A DNA stretch of 64,000 nucleotides from positions 248,001-312,000 of the forward strand of contig NW_019029002.1 in NCBI RefSeq assembly GCF_002105155.1, written 5' to 3'. Shown in pieces: positions 25,110-36,945 of this stretch. The translations under genes were made by a program, and so were the position numbers. The DNA is from Lobosporangium transversale. Its lineage: Eukaryota. The notes below the pieces were generated by a model. It searched no databases. It saw nothing but the letters and a program-made list of their open reading frames with translations, and had not been told where the DNA came from. Position 1 is the stretch's first letter; every line of letters begins with the position of its first letter.

Positions 25110-26815
25110 CTATTATTCATTAGTTAGAGATGTGGGTGGGAGTATAGATGAAACATATCTTGTTACGCCAGGATGGTATTTTGTCCAGAGATGCTCTTCA
25201 ATGTACATTGGAAACGTACTTTGTCAGTACCATGGAACTATCTTATCGTTGCGGCCATATTGACATCCACTAATGAGATCAAGGATGGTAACATGCGGAT
25301 ATTGTTGAATGGGTTTTGAGCCCCTCTAATCTCGCCATTGTCTTGGGGAAATCAGACAAGACGATGGTACATGGCAATCCCTTCATACAATCAGTGAGGA
25401 GTAGGGATTCGCGTAGATGAGGAATATCGATGGCCAAAAAGGTGAAAGGTGATTCTTGAGATTGTTGCCTGCAAAGATCCAGCAACGTAGGCAATCCCAC
25501 TTCTGGAGCTGACGGTGATAGATGTGTTGACAGCGATTCCTGTGCAGGGGCTGCTGACGCTACTTGTCAATGTTGGAGCTGACGTTGGTGGTTGTGTATT
25601 GCTCAGGTCTGCTTTACCATCTGGATGATCTCCCGAACCCAAGCAGTCACAAGCTCTATATTTTGTGAGGCGTCTTTTATAAATCCGCCATCGGATGTCT
25701 GTTGGTGTAGCCCCAAAGACCCTGACAGTGTTTTGTTAACAAATTTAATCCAGGTTTGAATGTGGTCTTCTGCAGTATACGTTGTGGCCAGAATATCTTG
25801 ACCCCAGATATCAAAGCTATCAGTGATGTAACGCTCCAGCATCTGGTGTCCTTCTGATCGTACTTCTACTCGTTCAGGGCCGAAGAGCGATCCAAAATGG
25901 ATCACTTTTCCTGGACGTATCTGTAGGTCTGAGAGTAAGATGGCTCGATTGTATCGAGTCTTCCAAGTATTAACATCCACTACACTGGCTGGCGGCTCTG
26001 TATGGTGTCTGTGACCGTATTCGGAGTCATCCAAGGCTCCAGCATCAAACCATGTAGTATCATTCACCCAACAAACATCCTTTTCCACGTCTGCATTTAA
26101 TACCCCCGATTGTCCTTGTAGCCATGAGATGGTCATGTTTAATCGATAAAATACACAGATCGGGCCCACCAGCCCCAAAGATGCTGCTAATGTCGTATTC
26201 ACCGTCAACCCCTTCAGAACTCTGGACAAAGTACAGACAAAAGCCCAAGGGATGGTTGTCCAGGCATGATAAATCCGACAGTTTATATCTGCGCTCCTAT
26301 TGCTTGGGGCCGAGTAATAAAATGCCTCCTTCATTCCCTGTAAAGTTGGTCCTTGTCCTGATATCTTTGGCATCAATGTCTTACAAAATTCTGACTTTCT
26401 CGATTCACTGTCCCCCATCTCTCAGCCAACGCTTCAAGAGGCATCCATCCAATGTTGAAAGTCTTTTCAGTCATATAGAGCGGTGATAAGAGCAAAGTCC
26501 CATTCAGACATCCAGCCAGTCAAAATGCCGTCTCCGATGCCATCCACTGATTGTGAAGGCCACTATGAGGGAAATAACCAAGAAAGCGTTCTTGATCTGC
26601 AGGAGGACGGACTGGGAACATGGTAAAAAAAAGGTGCTGTGTTACCTGTTCCCTTGCAACTGCAAAGAACTGCCGCACCTTGCGCCTTAACCTATCTATG
26701 AGGAAGTAAGAAATGGGGTCCATTCAACTTGGACGAGTGATATAAATACGAGAAGACCGAAGATCACGAGACTGATCGATATTTTCTACTTGGAAGACTG
26801 GGCTGATTTGGCCAT
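25110..26815 (-). pseudogene. CigA-like / GDP-fucose O-fucosyltransferase-family pseudogene
   Basis: N-terminal signal anchor (ISLVIFGLLVFISLV) after a TAG at codon 10; ERFLGYFPHSGLHNQWMASETAF*LAGCLNGTLLLSPLYM; VIHFGSLFGPER; FLAIDIPHLRE..LPCTIVLSDF; C-terminal LVDVNMAATIR*FHGTD/STF. Multiple stops and frameshifts. Confidence 0.75.
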
Positions 26816-27299
26816 GTTAATAAATTGCCCTTTTGGTTCAGGACCAGAATAAATGGTTTTAATGAAAAAGAAATGACAATGCATTTCATAAATGTCAAAT
26901 GAAGGCAGCATTCATATCATCCGTTGAATCACCACCAATAACAAAAAGGGATTCATCGGTCTTTATCTTTCTTTGATCAAGGTGTAGTTCTAGGCCGTCC
27001 TCTATCCACAAATCATAAATCATCCCACGAGGCATAAACTATGAGCAAAAGGTAGATACATGTATACAAGCCCCACATGACTCATATTTTCTTCCGGCGC
27101 AAACGTAACCAAAGTTTCTTTCCTCTTTCTTTTCTGTTTCTTTCAACAACAAGTTAATAACATTAAACAGAGCTGTGCCGCCAAAACAGAAAGAATGAGC
27201 GTTGAATTAGTCCCTATTAACACTGCCAAAGATGTGCTTGTGCACTCTGAGGATGGCAATACAAAAGAAAACCTCAATTTCTCTTTCTCCTTTGAAAAC

Positions 27300-27866
27300 A
27301 TGCCGATATCAGGAAAGATTGCCGTTATCGGAGCCGCAACAGTCGTCGGTATCGTCGCAGGCCCTGCCGTTGTCACCACTGCCATTACTAGCGCTGGCTT
27401 TGGCTCTGGTGGAATCGTAAGTGGAAGTCTAGCTGCAACGTTTATGTCCTCATATGGAGGTGCTGTTGGCGCTGGCTCTGCTTGTGCGACTCTCCAGTCT
27501 ATTGGCGCAGCTGGACTAGGAGTAACTGGGACAGTTCTCTCTGGAGCGGCAGTAGGTGCTGCATCCGCAGCAACTGCAGCAATAGGAACCTTGGAGGGAG
27601 TTCAAGATGGAGTGAAAGCTGCAGCCTCAGCCGCAGCCTCGGGTGCTTCAATTGCTGCACAGGCCACAGTCTCTGCTGCAGCCTATGGTGCCTCAATTGC
27701 TGAACAAGCTATAGCTCCCGACGCTGCAAAGGTCGTAGCAGTCAATGCGTCTCTTGGAGTAAACACAATAGCAAGTGGAGCGAGTGCAGTAGGAGTTGGA
27801 GGATTATACTTTGCTCAAGCCGTATATAGAGCAGCAACAGGAAGAGAGAAGAAAAAGAGAGAATAA
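27300..27866 (+). CDS. IFI6/IFI27-like (ISG12/FAM14 domain) small hydrophobic protein, intact copy
   Basis: MPISGKIAVIGAATVVGIVAGPAVVTTAITSAGFGSGGIVSGSLAATFMSSYGGAVGAGSACATLQSIGAAGLG carries the ISG12 signature GFxxxGIxxGSxAAxxMS...GGxVxAGSxxAxLQSxGAxG. ATG 27300 was chosen by alignment with the paralogue; an in-frame upstream ATG exists at 27195. Confidence 0.9.
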   Translation: MPISGKIAVIGAATVVGIVAGPAVVTTAITSAGFGSGGIVSGSLAATFMSSYGGAVGAGSACATLQSIGAAGLGVTGTVLSGAAVGAASAATAAIGTLEGVQDGVKAAASAAASGASIAAQATVSAAAYGASIAEQAIAPDAAKVVAVNASLGVNTIASGASAVGVGGLYFAQAVYRAATGREKKKRE

Positions 27867-28749
27867 TAAAAAATAAGAATGGGCAGGTCACAAGTGTTTC
27901 AGAGCACAGCAGCTGGTTTATATTTACATAGTCATTCCCCTTTTTGGTTAGCTTCATCTTATTCAGGCCATGTCGATCATTAAAAGCATACAGAGTGACG
28001 GGAAACACTATTATAAAAAAAAAAACAAAAAGAAAAGACAAATCATCCCCAAACACACTTTGTCCTCTGTATTAGGGTAAATATCATCACTCTCTTATCA
28101 TATAAATAGGAAAGCATTATTGCGTTGCCTACGTCTCCTGCTGTCTCAGTCTTTGGTCTTCTATATCTTATAAAAAACCTCGGCCACGTCCAGAACCATT
28201 GCTTGTCGCTTTCCCTCTATATTATTAAATCCACGGGCCATGTTCCTCATCCAAACGGCCCAGTGGCCGCTGTCAACGTTCCTACTCCTGCTACTGATCG
28301 CTCCATTTTCTTATAGTATTAAGGATGAGATAATCGAATATATGCATAACTGATAACCAAGATCTACAGTAACACTAAGCAGCTCTATAGCCCATGACAT
28401 TATAGCAAGAGGGGACAAGAGGAGCAAAAAGAAAAGGGCGCACTCTCAAAGTGCTACTGTACTATTGCCATCCAAGGATCGCAAGAGCTGCACGGATATG
28501 CCTCTTTATACGATTCATATCGCGTCATGGTTTCGTTCAAGCTCCTCAGACCACAATATTTTGAAATCCAAACGCAGGCTTATTGTACAATGAAAAGTGT
28601 CCTGGTAATAGTCCACGGTTTTTTTATTTATTTTTTTTCCTTCTTCAATAATGCCTGTTCACTTGTAGATGAGACAAGAAAGCAAATATACCGGACAATA
28701 GCGGCGCATTGGGAGCTTCTTTCTCGTCTTCAATTGCTTAGTGTCATGA

Positions 28750-28900
28750 CCCATAGGACTATTTTTGATGTTACTACCGGCCCTGGTTGCGGCTGTTACC
28801 CTCGACCTTTATAGAGTAGTAAAGTGGATCAATCAGTACAGATATGTCAACGCCCGAGCTACGAGCGGCAATAGCAGGCACAGGAACAACAGTCACAAGG
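28750..28900 (+). pseudogene. Highly decayed IFI27-like relic
   Basis: Ordered short DNA matches to the intact copy: ggccct, gctgttacc~gccattact, gtaaagtgga~gtaagtgga, atgtca~atgtcc, gagcggcaatag~gagcggcagtag, caggaacaacag~caggaaccacag. Confidence 0.35.
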
Positions 28901-29949
28901 CCGATTGAGTGCTGTGTTGGGTCTCCCAGACACTATCCCTGTCACTCAATCTGCTGCTGCTATCATAGCCAATTCGCAGCCTTTAAAATCATGAGCAACG
29001 CGGAAGGGGAGATGTGATTAGGATAAAGCAAGGTTCAATGCTCACTGGGAAGGAAAAGGTTACATCTTAAAAGATGGTGAAATGCTATTAATGACACAGG
29101 CCTGCTGTTTGGTAGCCACAAAGGATTACACGTCAAATGTCCGAAAAATAGACGGGCAAATCAACACACTATATTTTTATGTTTGCAGGTAAGACAATCG
29201 AATAGGCACAAACAATCATTAGGGCCTGAATCATTTGTGTCACAAGAGCTCTTTTTTTATTGCCATACTCAATCATATCCCCTTCTAAACAGCCTTTTGA
29301 ATCAAAGCACGGCTCTTTTTTTAAAAATAAATAAATAAATAATTGTTTGCTATCTGACTACCTAGATTACCTAGCTGCTACCTAAGTTACAAGAAGCCAG
29401 ACTCTTGGTCGCCCTAAAAAGTGTTTTCTTCATTATCGCCAGAACACTCTCCTAATTTGTCATCGAGAGCACACCACGCGAAGCTGGACTGGCAAGCTGT
29501 AATCCTCTAAGTCAGGTCTTATAGCCTTGCAAACGTCCACGCACACGTACATACTCATTTACTCATTTCTATTGCTAATCTACTCACCCGGCTGAAGGGT
29601 TTACCATCACATGACATCCAAGAATCAGCTCGGGTGTATGCTTAGATATGCGTTGTTGCTATATAGGATAGCGCCTTGTGTTAGTGTGTTAATAATTCGC
29701 ATGTACGCGCCAGTACTATTATTAAGATTGCTCTACGCTAGAATAAGCGCTTTTTTTTTGTTGTAAATCTTTGACTTATTTATTCTTTGGAATCTTTTTT
29801 ATTTCCTTTTCATTTTTTTAATGAGGCATTTGTTTGCCTTGTTAGATCGTTTTTTATCTTTGAATTCGCTCTTCAGCGAGCGGCACTGGCCTCCCAGTAT
29901 TGACAGCGCCCAGAACGCACCATGAAGAGGCGGTTTAGTTATCATGTCT

Positions 29950-30385
29950 TTGAGTTGTCCGAGGAGGTAGCGGCCTGGCTGTTTGGCCAAGGCTGCTCAG
30001 CTGCCTGACCATTTGAGAGGGCTTGAATGAGATATTCTGGCCGCCTCAGTGAAGAGATAGTGGCTGGGCGGGTCGGCTTCATTTCGTGGAGCCGGCTAGA
30101 ACTACCACGCTCCGGTCGGATTAAGGGGCTCGTACCGTTCGTAATCCGACGGTGATATGAAAAGTGAGGAAGAGAGCGATGCAGAAAAGAGAAGCCAGAA
30201 CAAGGACAGCATAGAGCGAGAGAACTAAGAGCTTCAGGAAGAGTTTATGTTTGGAGAGTGTTGCTTACGTTTCATGATGATCGAGGAGGCCGAGGAGACC
30301 GAGCGGTGAGTGGTTCTCGAAATCGCTCATAGGAAGAGTAAGCGGAAGCTATCAAGCTATATCAGCTGGCCACTGATCAAATCCA
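29950..30385 (+). pseudogene. Possible Sel1-like-repeat gene relic
   Basis: Fragments AEAIKLYQLATDQ (~30341-30380) and frameshifted AAWLF/AKAAQL resemble Sel1 repeat cores. Many stops lie between them. Confidence 0.25.
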
Positions 30386-31222
30386 CCTTGTTGCACGTTC
30401 TAGAGTGACTAATAAAAATCAAAGATATTTGGGAATTGAATAAGGATATTCTACGCGCCTCCATCATATTTCATATGAAAGAGTGAGAAAACGCTCACGG
30501 CTGGAGGTAAGAATAATACTCCACATTCGTGACTTGCAAGCTCACACCAGCAACAATCTGTTCACAAACAGCTTTAGCACGAATCGCGCTGTTCTAGAAC
30601 CATTTACTCTTGATAGTAAGGAGGATCATATTCTTCATTCTCTTCGTTTGTTCGCTCTACACTCTTGACAAGAGATGGGATAGACTAACGTAGGAAATGT
30701 ACTGTGATAGGCTGTATCCAAACTGTTTTTTTTTATATGACATGGGCCCTCAGATGATTAAAACACTTTATACTGCGATAATATGAGAAAAGACCTAAAT
30801 GACGAGGTTGTAGCCTTTTGAACAAATTCATTAATCCAATCATAATTTTGATTGAAATAAATGGGGGTCTTATATACTCCATCTCGTTTCTATACGCTCT
30901 TTTTTTTTTTTTTTTGTCATACAGTAATCCATATATGCTCCATTTCGCTTTGGCGCTTCACGTTACAAGATCACCTTGCTATTTCCTTCCCGGTGTAAAA
31001 CTGTAGTTCATGTGATTAAGAGGATGAAGGCTTCCTCACAGTAACCCATCTATGCTCCCGATACAATCAAAGTCATTCAAAAGATTTATGAACTACTACT
31101 GTTTTATCAAAACTATATCTTTTCTCTTTTTTTCCGTTTTTTTCTGTTTTTTTCTGTTTTTTACTTTCAACTTTTCATTCTTCGTCTTTTTTTTCTTTTT
31201 TTTTTTGACTATACACATAAAT

Positions 31223-33332
31223 ATGGCCCAGTACTCGCTATATACAGCTGTCATGCGAAGCTCGGCGTTGCTTCTAGACAAGTTTGCTACCTTCACTAGC
31301 CTGGCCGAAGAAGGCAAAGGACCGTGGACTCATACCAAGGACTCACAAGAGCAGTTTGACTACATCGTTTGTGGAGGTATGTATCTGAAAACGAGAAACT
31401 GCAGTTGCAATTGACAAACTATTATCATTTTTATACTGTCTGCCTCATTGCAATTAAACAGGCTCACAATAATCTTCGATTTCTAAAAGGTGGTGCTGCC
31501 GGTTGCGTGGTAGCTAGCCGTTTAGCAGAAGACCCAAAGGTTAATGTCCTTGTCCTCGAGGCTGGTTACTCGGATGAGATCCCGTCATCAAGGGCCCCTC
31601 TTCTTTCTATGTTCAATATCGATAGCAGTAAAGACTGGCGCTATAGAACCGTCCCTCAGGTCCACGCAAATGGACGGATTTTGAAACAACCTCGAGGCAA
31701 GATCTTCGGAGGGTCAAGCTCTATCAATGCCATGATGTATGTCCGTGGGGCACATTCTGATTACGATGAATGGGAGTCGCTAGGCAACCCTGGCTGGTCT
31801 TATGGGGAATGCTTACCCTATTTTAAAAAGCCAGAAGGGTTTAATGACCCGAATCTACCATCATCTCCTAGGCAGGGATCAACATACGAAGCCTACGAGC
31901 CAACGTACCACGGTACAGAAGGACCATGGCAAGTTGGATTTCAATACACTCATAAGTTCACTGAGAAATTCATCGAGGCAAATGTGGCAGAAGGCGTGCC
32001 CTTCAACAAGGACTGCAATGGCCATACAAATCTAGGAGTGACTTTGATCCAGCGGTTCGTTCAGCGCGACGGCGTCCGGAGCTCATTGGCTAGAGCATTT
32101 CTAAAGGGCAAAAATATTGTTCCAGGTGGGGGTGAGAGGGGAAGGATCAGGGTGGTTTACGGTGCGAATATCAGTCGTATCCTAACCCAGACGCGGAAGG
32201 GTGTCAAAACGGCTTACGGTGTCGAGTTTTTGGATCATAGAAATGGTAGAGTGACACCCAAATGTCAAGTTTCTTTTTTTTTAATTATACATGTATTTCC
32301 TTTATTTTCACAGTATTACAACTAACGCAATGTTGCCATGCAATAGTCCAGCGACGCGTTCTAGCTACAAAAGAAGTACTACTTTGCGCAGGTGCATTTG
32401 GCTCGCCACATCTGCTTCTTGCCTCTGGGATTGGTCCATCCCGTCAGCCCTCTATCCCTCATGTCCATACACTTCCTGGAGTAGGTGCTAACCTTGAGGA
32501 CCATATACGTATGGAAATTGTATTTCGAGCAAGTACTGTTCATGACACTGGCATGAATATCTATAACTTACTGCCAACTGTCCTTAACTACAAGCTCCGT
32601 GGCGCTGGTGTCCTCTCTAGCAATGGTATTGAGGGCGCCGCTTTTTTGAGGCTGGAGGATATTGTTCCGGACTTTGTGGAGCGCGAAAAAGCTAACGGAA
32701 CGTACAAAGAGAGAGCTAGTGGACCGGACGCGCCTCATGTCGAAATTATAGTTTATCCATTTGACTTTGAAGCCCATGGCGAGAAAATGGCACTCCATCC
32801 TGAGGAGTACTATTCCCTGGTGGTCTCACTACTCCACCCTTGCTCCTCCGGTACTGTGACGATTCGACCAAAAATGCAAAAAAGCGGTTCGTCAGCGGTG
32901 GAATGGGAGACAGTAATTGACCCTAACTACTTTTCGGATCCGTTTGATCTGCGTGTCGTGGCAGAGACTATTAAGTTTATACGTAAGCTGGGTCGCCGGT
33001 TGAGCCAAGATCCTGAAGTTGGAGGACAGGAGGTTTTTCCAGGCGAGGAGGCTGTTCCAGATCACGATGATGCCAAACTTCAGGATTTTGTGCGGCAGAA
33101 TTGTAACACGATCTACCACCCTACAGGCACATGCCGTATGGGGCCCGCCTCGGACCCGCTAGCAGTGGTTGATCATCGGCTGAATGTCCATGGTGTGGAG
33201 AACTTAAGGGTGATTGATGCGAGCGTGATGCCGAAAATACCTGGCTGCCATACCTGTGCACCAACCGTTATGATTGCGGAGAAAGGAAGTGATTTTATCA
33301 AGGAGGACTGGAAAGATTTAGATTCAGCGTAG
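31223..33332 (+). CDS. GMC (AA3-like) FAD oxidoreductase; join(31223..31376,31490..32245,32347..33332)
   Basis: FAD motif DYIVCGGGAAGCVVASRL is formed across intron 1; RGKIFGGSSSINAMMYVRG; EVLLCAGAFGSPHLLLASGIG; catalytic region TIYHPTGTCRMG...LRVIDASVMP..GCHTCAP. Both introns are GT-AG and in phase 1. Confidence 0.93.
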
Positions 33333-33998
33333 AAAGGAACCATCTCGCCGTTCTGAGCAATTGGATACATACAGCTCTTTCTAACACATCTAGTGTTTTC
33401 CGCAATAAAAAAAGAAAATCATAAAATAAGTGTTGTTCAAGTAACAACTTTCAATGTAGCGCAAGGCAGAGTGATATATTGGTTCGACGCCAGCCGCGCA
33501 CGGACGAGCGTGCTGCAAAACGTGTCCCGATTGGTCACATGTTCCGGCTTTTGATGATCCCTGTTGCTCCCTTCGGAAAGAGAGCTCCCCTCTTTCTCTC
33601 TCTCTCTCTTTTTTTTTTTTTTTTTATTGTGCTACCGTAATACAGTATTTGTAAACAGAAAAAAAGCTTTTCGGGACTATACCACAAAATACGCATTAGG
33701 CCTTATCCAAGCAATGTACGTTATATAATATTGACCACTGTTGGATTATGTTACCACGCATAGAGCCTTGCCACCAAACTACTAAATGAGCAACCCTCAC
33801 TATATCCTTGACAATCGATACAATGTCGTCGAGAAAGCCAAACAACTGGATTCAAGTGCCCTCAGGCCTATAAGATTGCGTCTAAGGAAACAGGTATCCG
33901 CCGGAAACTTGCTCCTCATTTCCTTGACCATTTTGAAGTCGGTAACGGGAATTTGGCCTGCGCTCGTGTTTACTTACACTTCGTCTTCCGTACTCCTT

Positions 33999-34038
<40 letters not shown>

Positions 34039-34199
34039 ATCGAGTTAATTCCGGTTTATTGCCTTCTCACGGCAACTTTTCTGTAGTGGAGGCGTCTGGG
34101 CTCAACAAGCTGCCTTATTCCATATTATGGCTATATCGAAGCGCCCCAGTCCTTAGTACATTGCATTAACAGAGCATCTTTTCAGCTATCAAATCTCTT

Positions 34200-34570
34200 G
34201 AATGTAGAAAGCACGAAGAGCCACCTGCTCTGGCTGGAATACCAGCCTACAAACCTGTGTATGAGTTATGTTTGTTAATTTTGACAGCTATATGTTAGTA
34301 GTTTGGGGGTTGAGCAGTGCAATAGTAGAATTGGAAGTAACTACGAGTTGTCCTCATTGCTCAATGCTTTCTATTATTAATATAATAAAGCGCTAAATCC
34401 CTTTATTTAAAATAAAATAAATAAATAAAAAGCATGAATATCGGTACTCGTATAAACCAGCTTACCGCTCCTTAGATCTTATTGAGCGCGATATTGGACA
34501 GGTTACGGCAGGTTCGCTGCTCAGGGTTCTGGACATTTTTTATGCCAACAGGGCTAATCGAGGAATGTGC
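34200..34570 (+). pseudogene. Decayed gene fragment X2, paralogous to X1
   Basis: See X1. It occupies the same position, upstream of an IFI27-like gene. Confidence 0.45.
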
Positions 34571-35726
34571 TTGAAATATAAATGTCATTTTTTATTTTTA
34601 AAAAGCAATAAGAAATAAAGCTAATTGAAGACTGGGTTGTCAAATAGACCTGGGCCACTTGGACATTTGGTAGGCCACACTTGCATATATTACCTCATTT
34701 ATAACCCATTGCATACTTGCTGGCATCATACACGTATGATACCATCCATTCTTTTTCAAAGTTTGGAACATCAGGTATTGGTGATGTTGGCAACCTTTTT
34801 GTGTGTGTGTGAATTGGGCAGTCGACAGAATATAGGTATATAGAACACAAGTTACAACATGGTATACGAAACTACAACAACAGAAGCGAGTTAAAATATA
34901 CCGACGTGCTTGAGTGTCTTTCTTAGGGATTGGGTCACCAAAATAAAATTTGTTTGTTTCTTCTCACATGCTCTCGAAACCATCTACACATTTGAATTGC
35001 CACACGCAAATATTTCACCATTCGCTCCAACGTATCACCATGAGTGTGATATGTTGAATTGGTTCCCTATAGCTTCAACAGACCCCACAAACCCTATTAG
35101 CAGTGCTTATCAGCCTAGATATATCAAGGGAACGCAAGAAGATGAGGAAGCGCCGGATGCGACAAACCAAGCTTCGCCGAATTGTACAGGAAAAGATCAA
35201 GTTAGTCAAGCTCTATGGTGCGGTAGAATGAATCAACTCAGATCGCCCTCCTTTCAAGTCGAGACTACGGCGGCGAATATTATCACTGCTATTACACTAT
35301 TCAATAAATAAACGATACAATGGACTCCCAAGCGGATGCTAGGGTCATGCGAAAGTCCTCATGAGTTTTTTATTTGCACAAATAAAGAAACCAGGATAGC
35401 TCCATGACAATTTGTTTTCGGCCATTTATTTCGACATCGAAATAAGATTTCAAGACAATGCCCATGGATTGCTGAATTTTAAGCCCATTTATAATGGCAA
35501 ATTTGCCCTTGTGATGGACGAAGGGATAAGCCATGAGTAAAAGATAAAAGGCAAGTACAAGCTCACATGCCTCTCACACGCATATGCGCATATACATGCA
35601 TAATCGCAGTCTTCTTTTTCCTATAAAAGTAGGAAATCCTCTCCTTCTTTCTTTTCCTTTTTTGTTTCTTCACCTTTCTTCTCCCTCCTTTTCAAAAAAA
35701 AAAAAAAAAACCACTAACAAGATAAC

Positions 35727-36158
35727 ATGTCGGTATCATGAAAAGCTGTCACTATCGGGGCCGCAGCAGTCGTTGGCGCCATTGCAGGACCTATCATTGT
35801 CACTGCTACTGTCGCTAGTGTTGGTTTCGGCGCTGCTGGGATCGCAGGTGGAAGCCTAGCCGCCTCGTTTATGTCCTCATACGGAGGTACAGTTGCTGCC
35901 GGTTCAGCTTGTGCGGTTCTCCAGTCCATTGGTGCAGCTGGACTAGGGACAGTTGGAACGATTATCTCCGGAGCGACAGTAGGTGCTGTAGCCGCAGGAA
36001 CCACAGCAGTAGCTGGACCAGAATCTCCAACTTCTGGCGCCACAAGCGTTGCAAAAGCCACAGTCGCTGGCGCATCGCTTGGAGTAGCTATAGTTGAAAC
36101 CGCTACTTCTTTAGTGGCCGAAGCCATGCACAGAGTGCTAACGGGGAGGTGGAAGTAG
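35727..36158 (+). pseudogene. IFI6/IFI27-like copy 2 with a single premature stop at codon 5
   Basis: ATG TCG GTA TCA TGA AAA GCT GTC ACT ATC GGG GCC GCA aligns codon-for-codon with copy 1 ATG CCG ATA TCA GGA AAG ATT GCC GTT ATC GGA GCC GCA. The TGA is at 35739-35741. The rest is open and retains the full ISG12 motif. Confidence 0.85.
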
Positions 36159-36759
36159 ACATGGAGAAGGGGAAACGACAATCAAAAGTTGGTGAACCAC
36201 ACGTGAGACAGGTGAAAATGGCACAGCAGCAACCGCTTAGTATCACAATGGCAATAAATCAAAATCTCTCGCTCTAACCTTATATTTACAAGCATTTTTT
36301 GGCTTCGCCAAAGGGAAAGACATGTGAACCTTAATTTTGCTTTATTAAGCGTACAGACATCGAAATGTAATGAAAAGTAGCTGCTTATTTTTCACCACAA
36401 TATAATTTTCAAAAGGCAGTGAGGATCACTGGCAGATGCACTTTAGGTAATTGACTGGTGTAAAATGGCCTCTGCTCGTATCATGGGATAAACAGTTGAG
36501 TTAATCCTCAAATATTTTCATATTTGGCAAGGACATCCTAGGTCTAGCTTTGAACGGGCCAATAAAATGTTTTTAGGCTATGAGAGAGCGTAATATTGAA
36601 GAACATAGGCCTGATGTCAGCACGGCAAATACTTTCTACATAGCCCAGAGACAGTGGCGTTAAATTGCTTTTGCCTTAAAGGCAATTCGTGCGCTCTGTG
36701 TGTGTTGTGAGAGTAAGACCATAGACCTAATGCAAAATTATGCAAGGATATTTATGAAA

Positions 36760-36945
36760 TATTCGGTGCGCTACTCTGCCTCCTCTTACCATCGTAGCCC
36801 TCATTGATATTGACCTTGCAGCACCAGTTTTGCTTTTGTTATTCCTAGTTCAGCAAAGCAGCTGGCCTGGAAATGAATAGACTGTTGCCCCTATGCTGTC
36901 GGCAGGTGCTCATGGCTCTTGGAGCTAGGGTAGAGGCTGTAGAAG
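36760..36945 (+). pseudogene. Decayed IFI27-like copy 3
   Basis: accagttttgcttttgttattcctagttcagcaaagcagctggcctgg aligns with copy 2 gccggttcagcttgtgcggttctccagtccattggtgcagctggactagg (AGSACAVLQSIGAAGLG; CAG>TAG plus an indel), then ...aggtgct...ggagct. Confidence 0.55.

Noticed and set aside
35714..36181. 155-aa minus-strand Ala/Thr/Pro-rich ORF
   Set aside because: Antisense shadow of IFI27-like copy 2.
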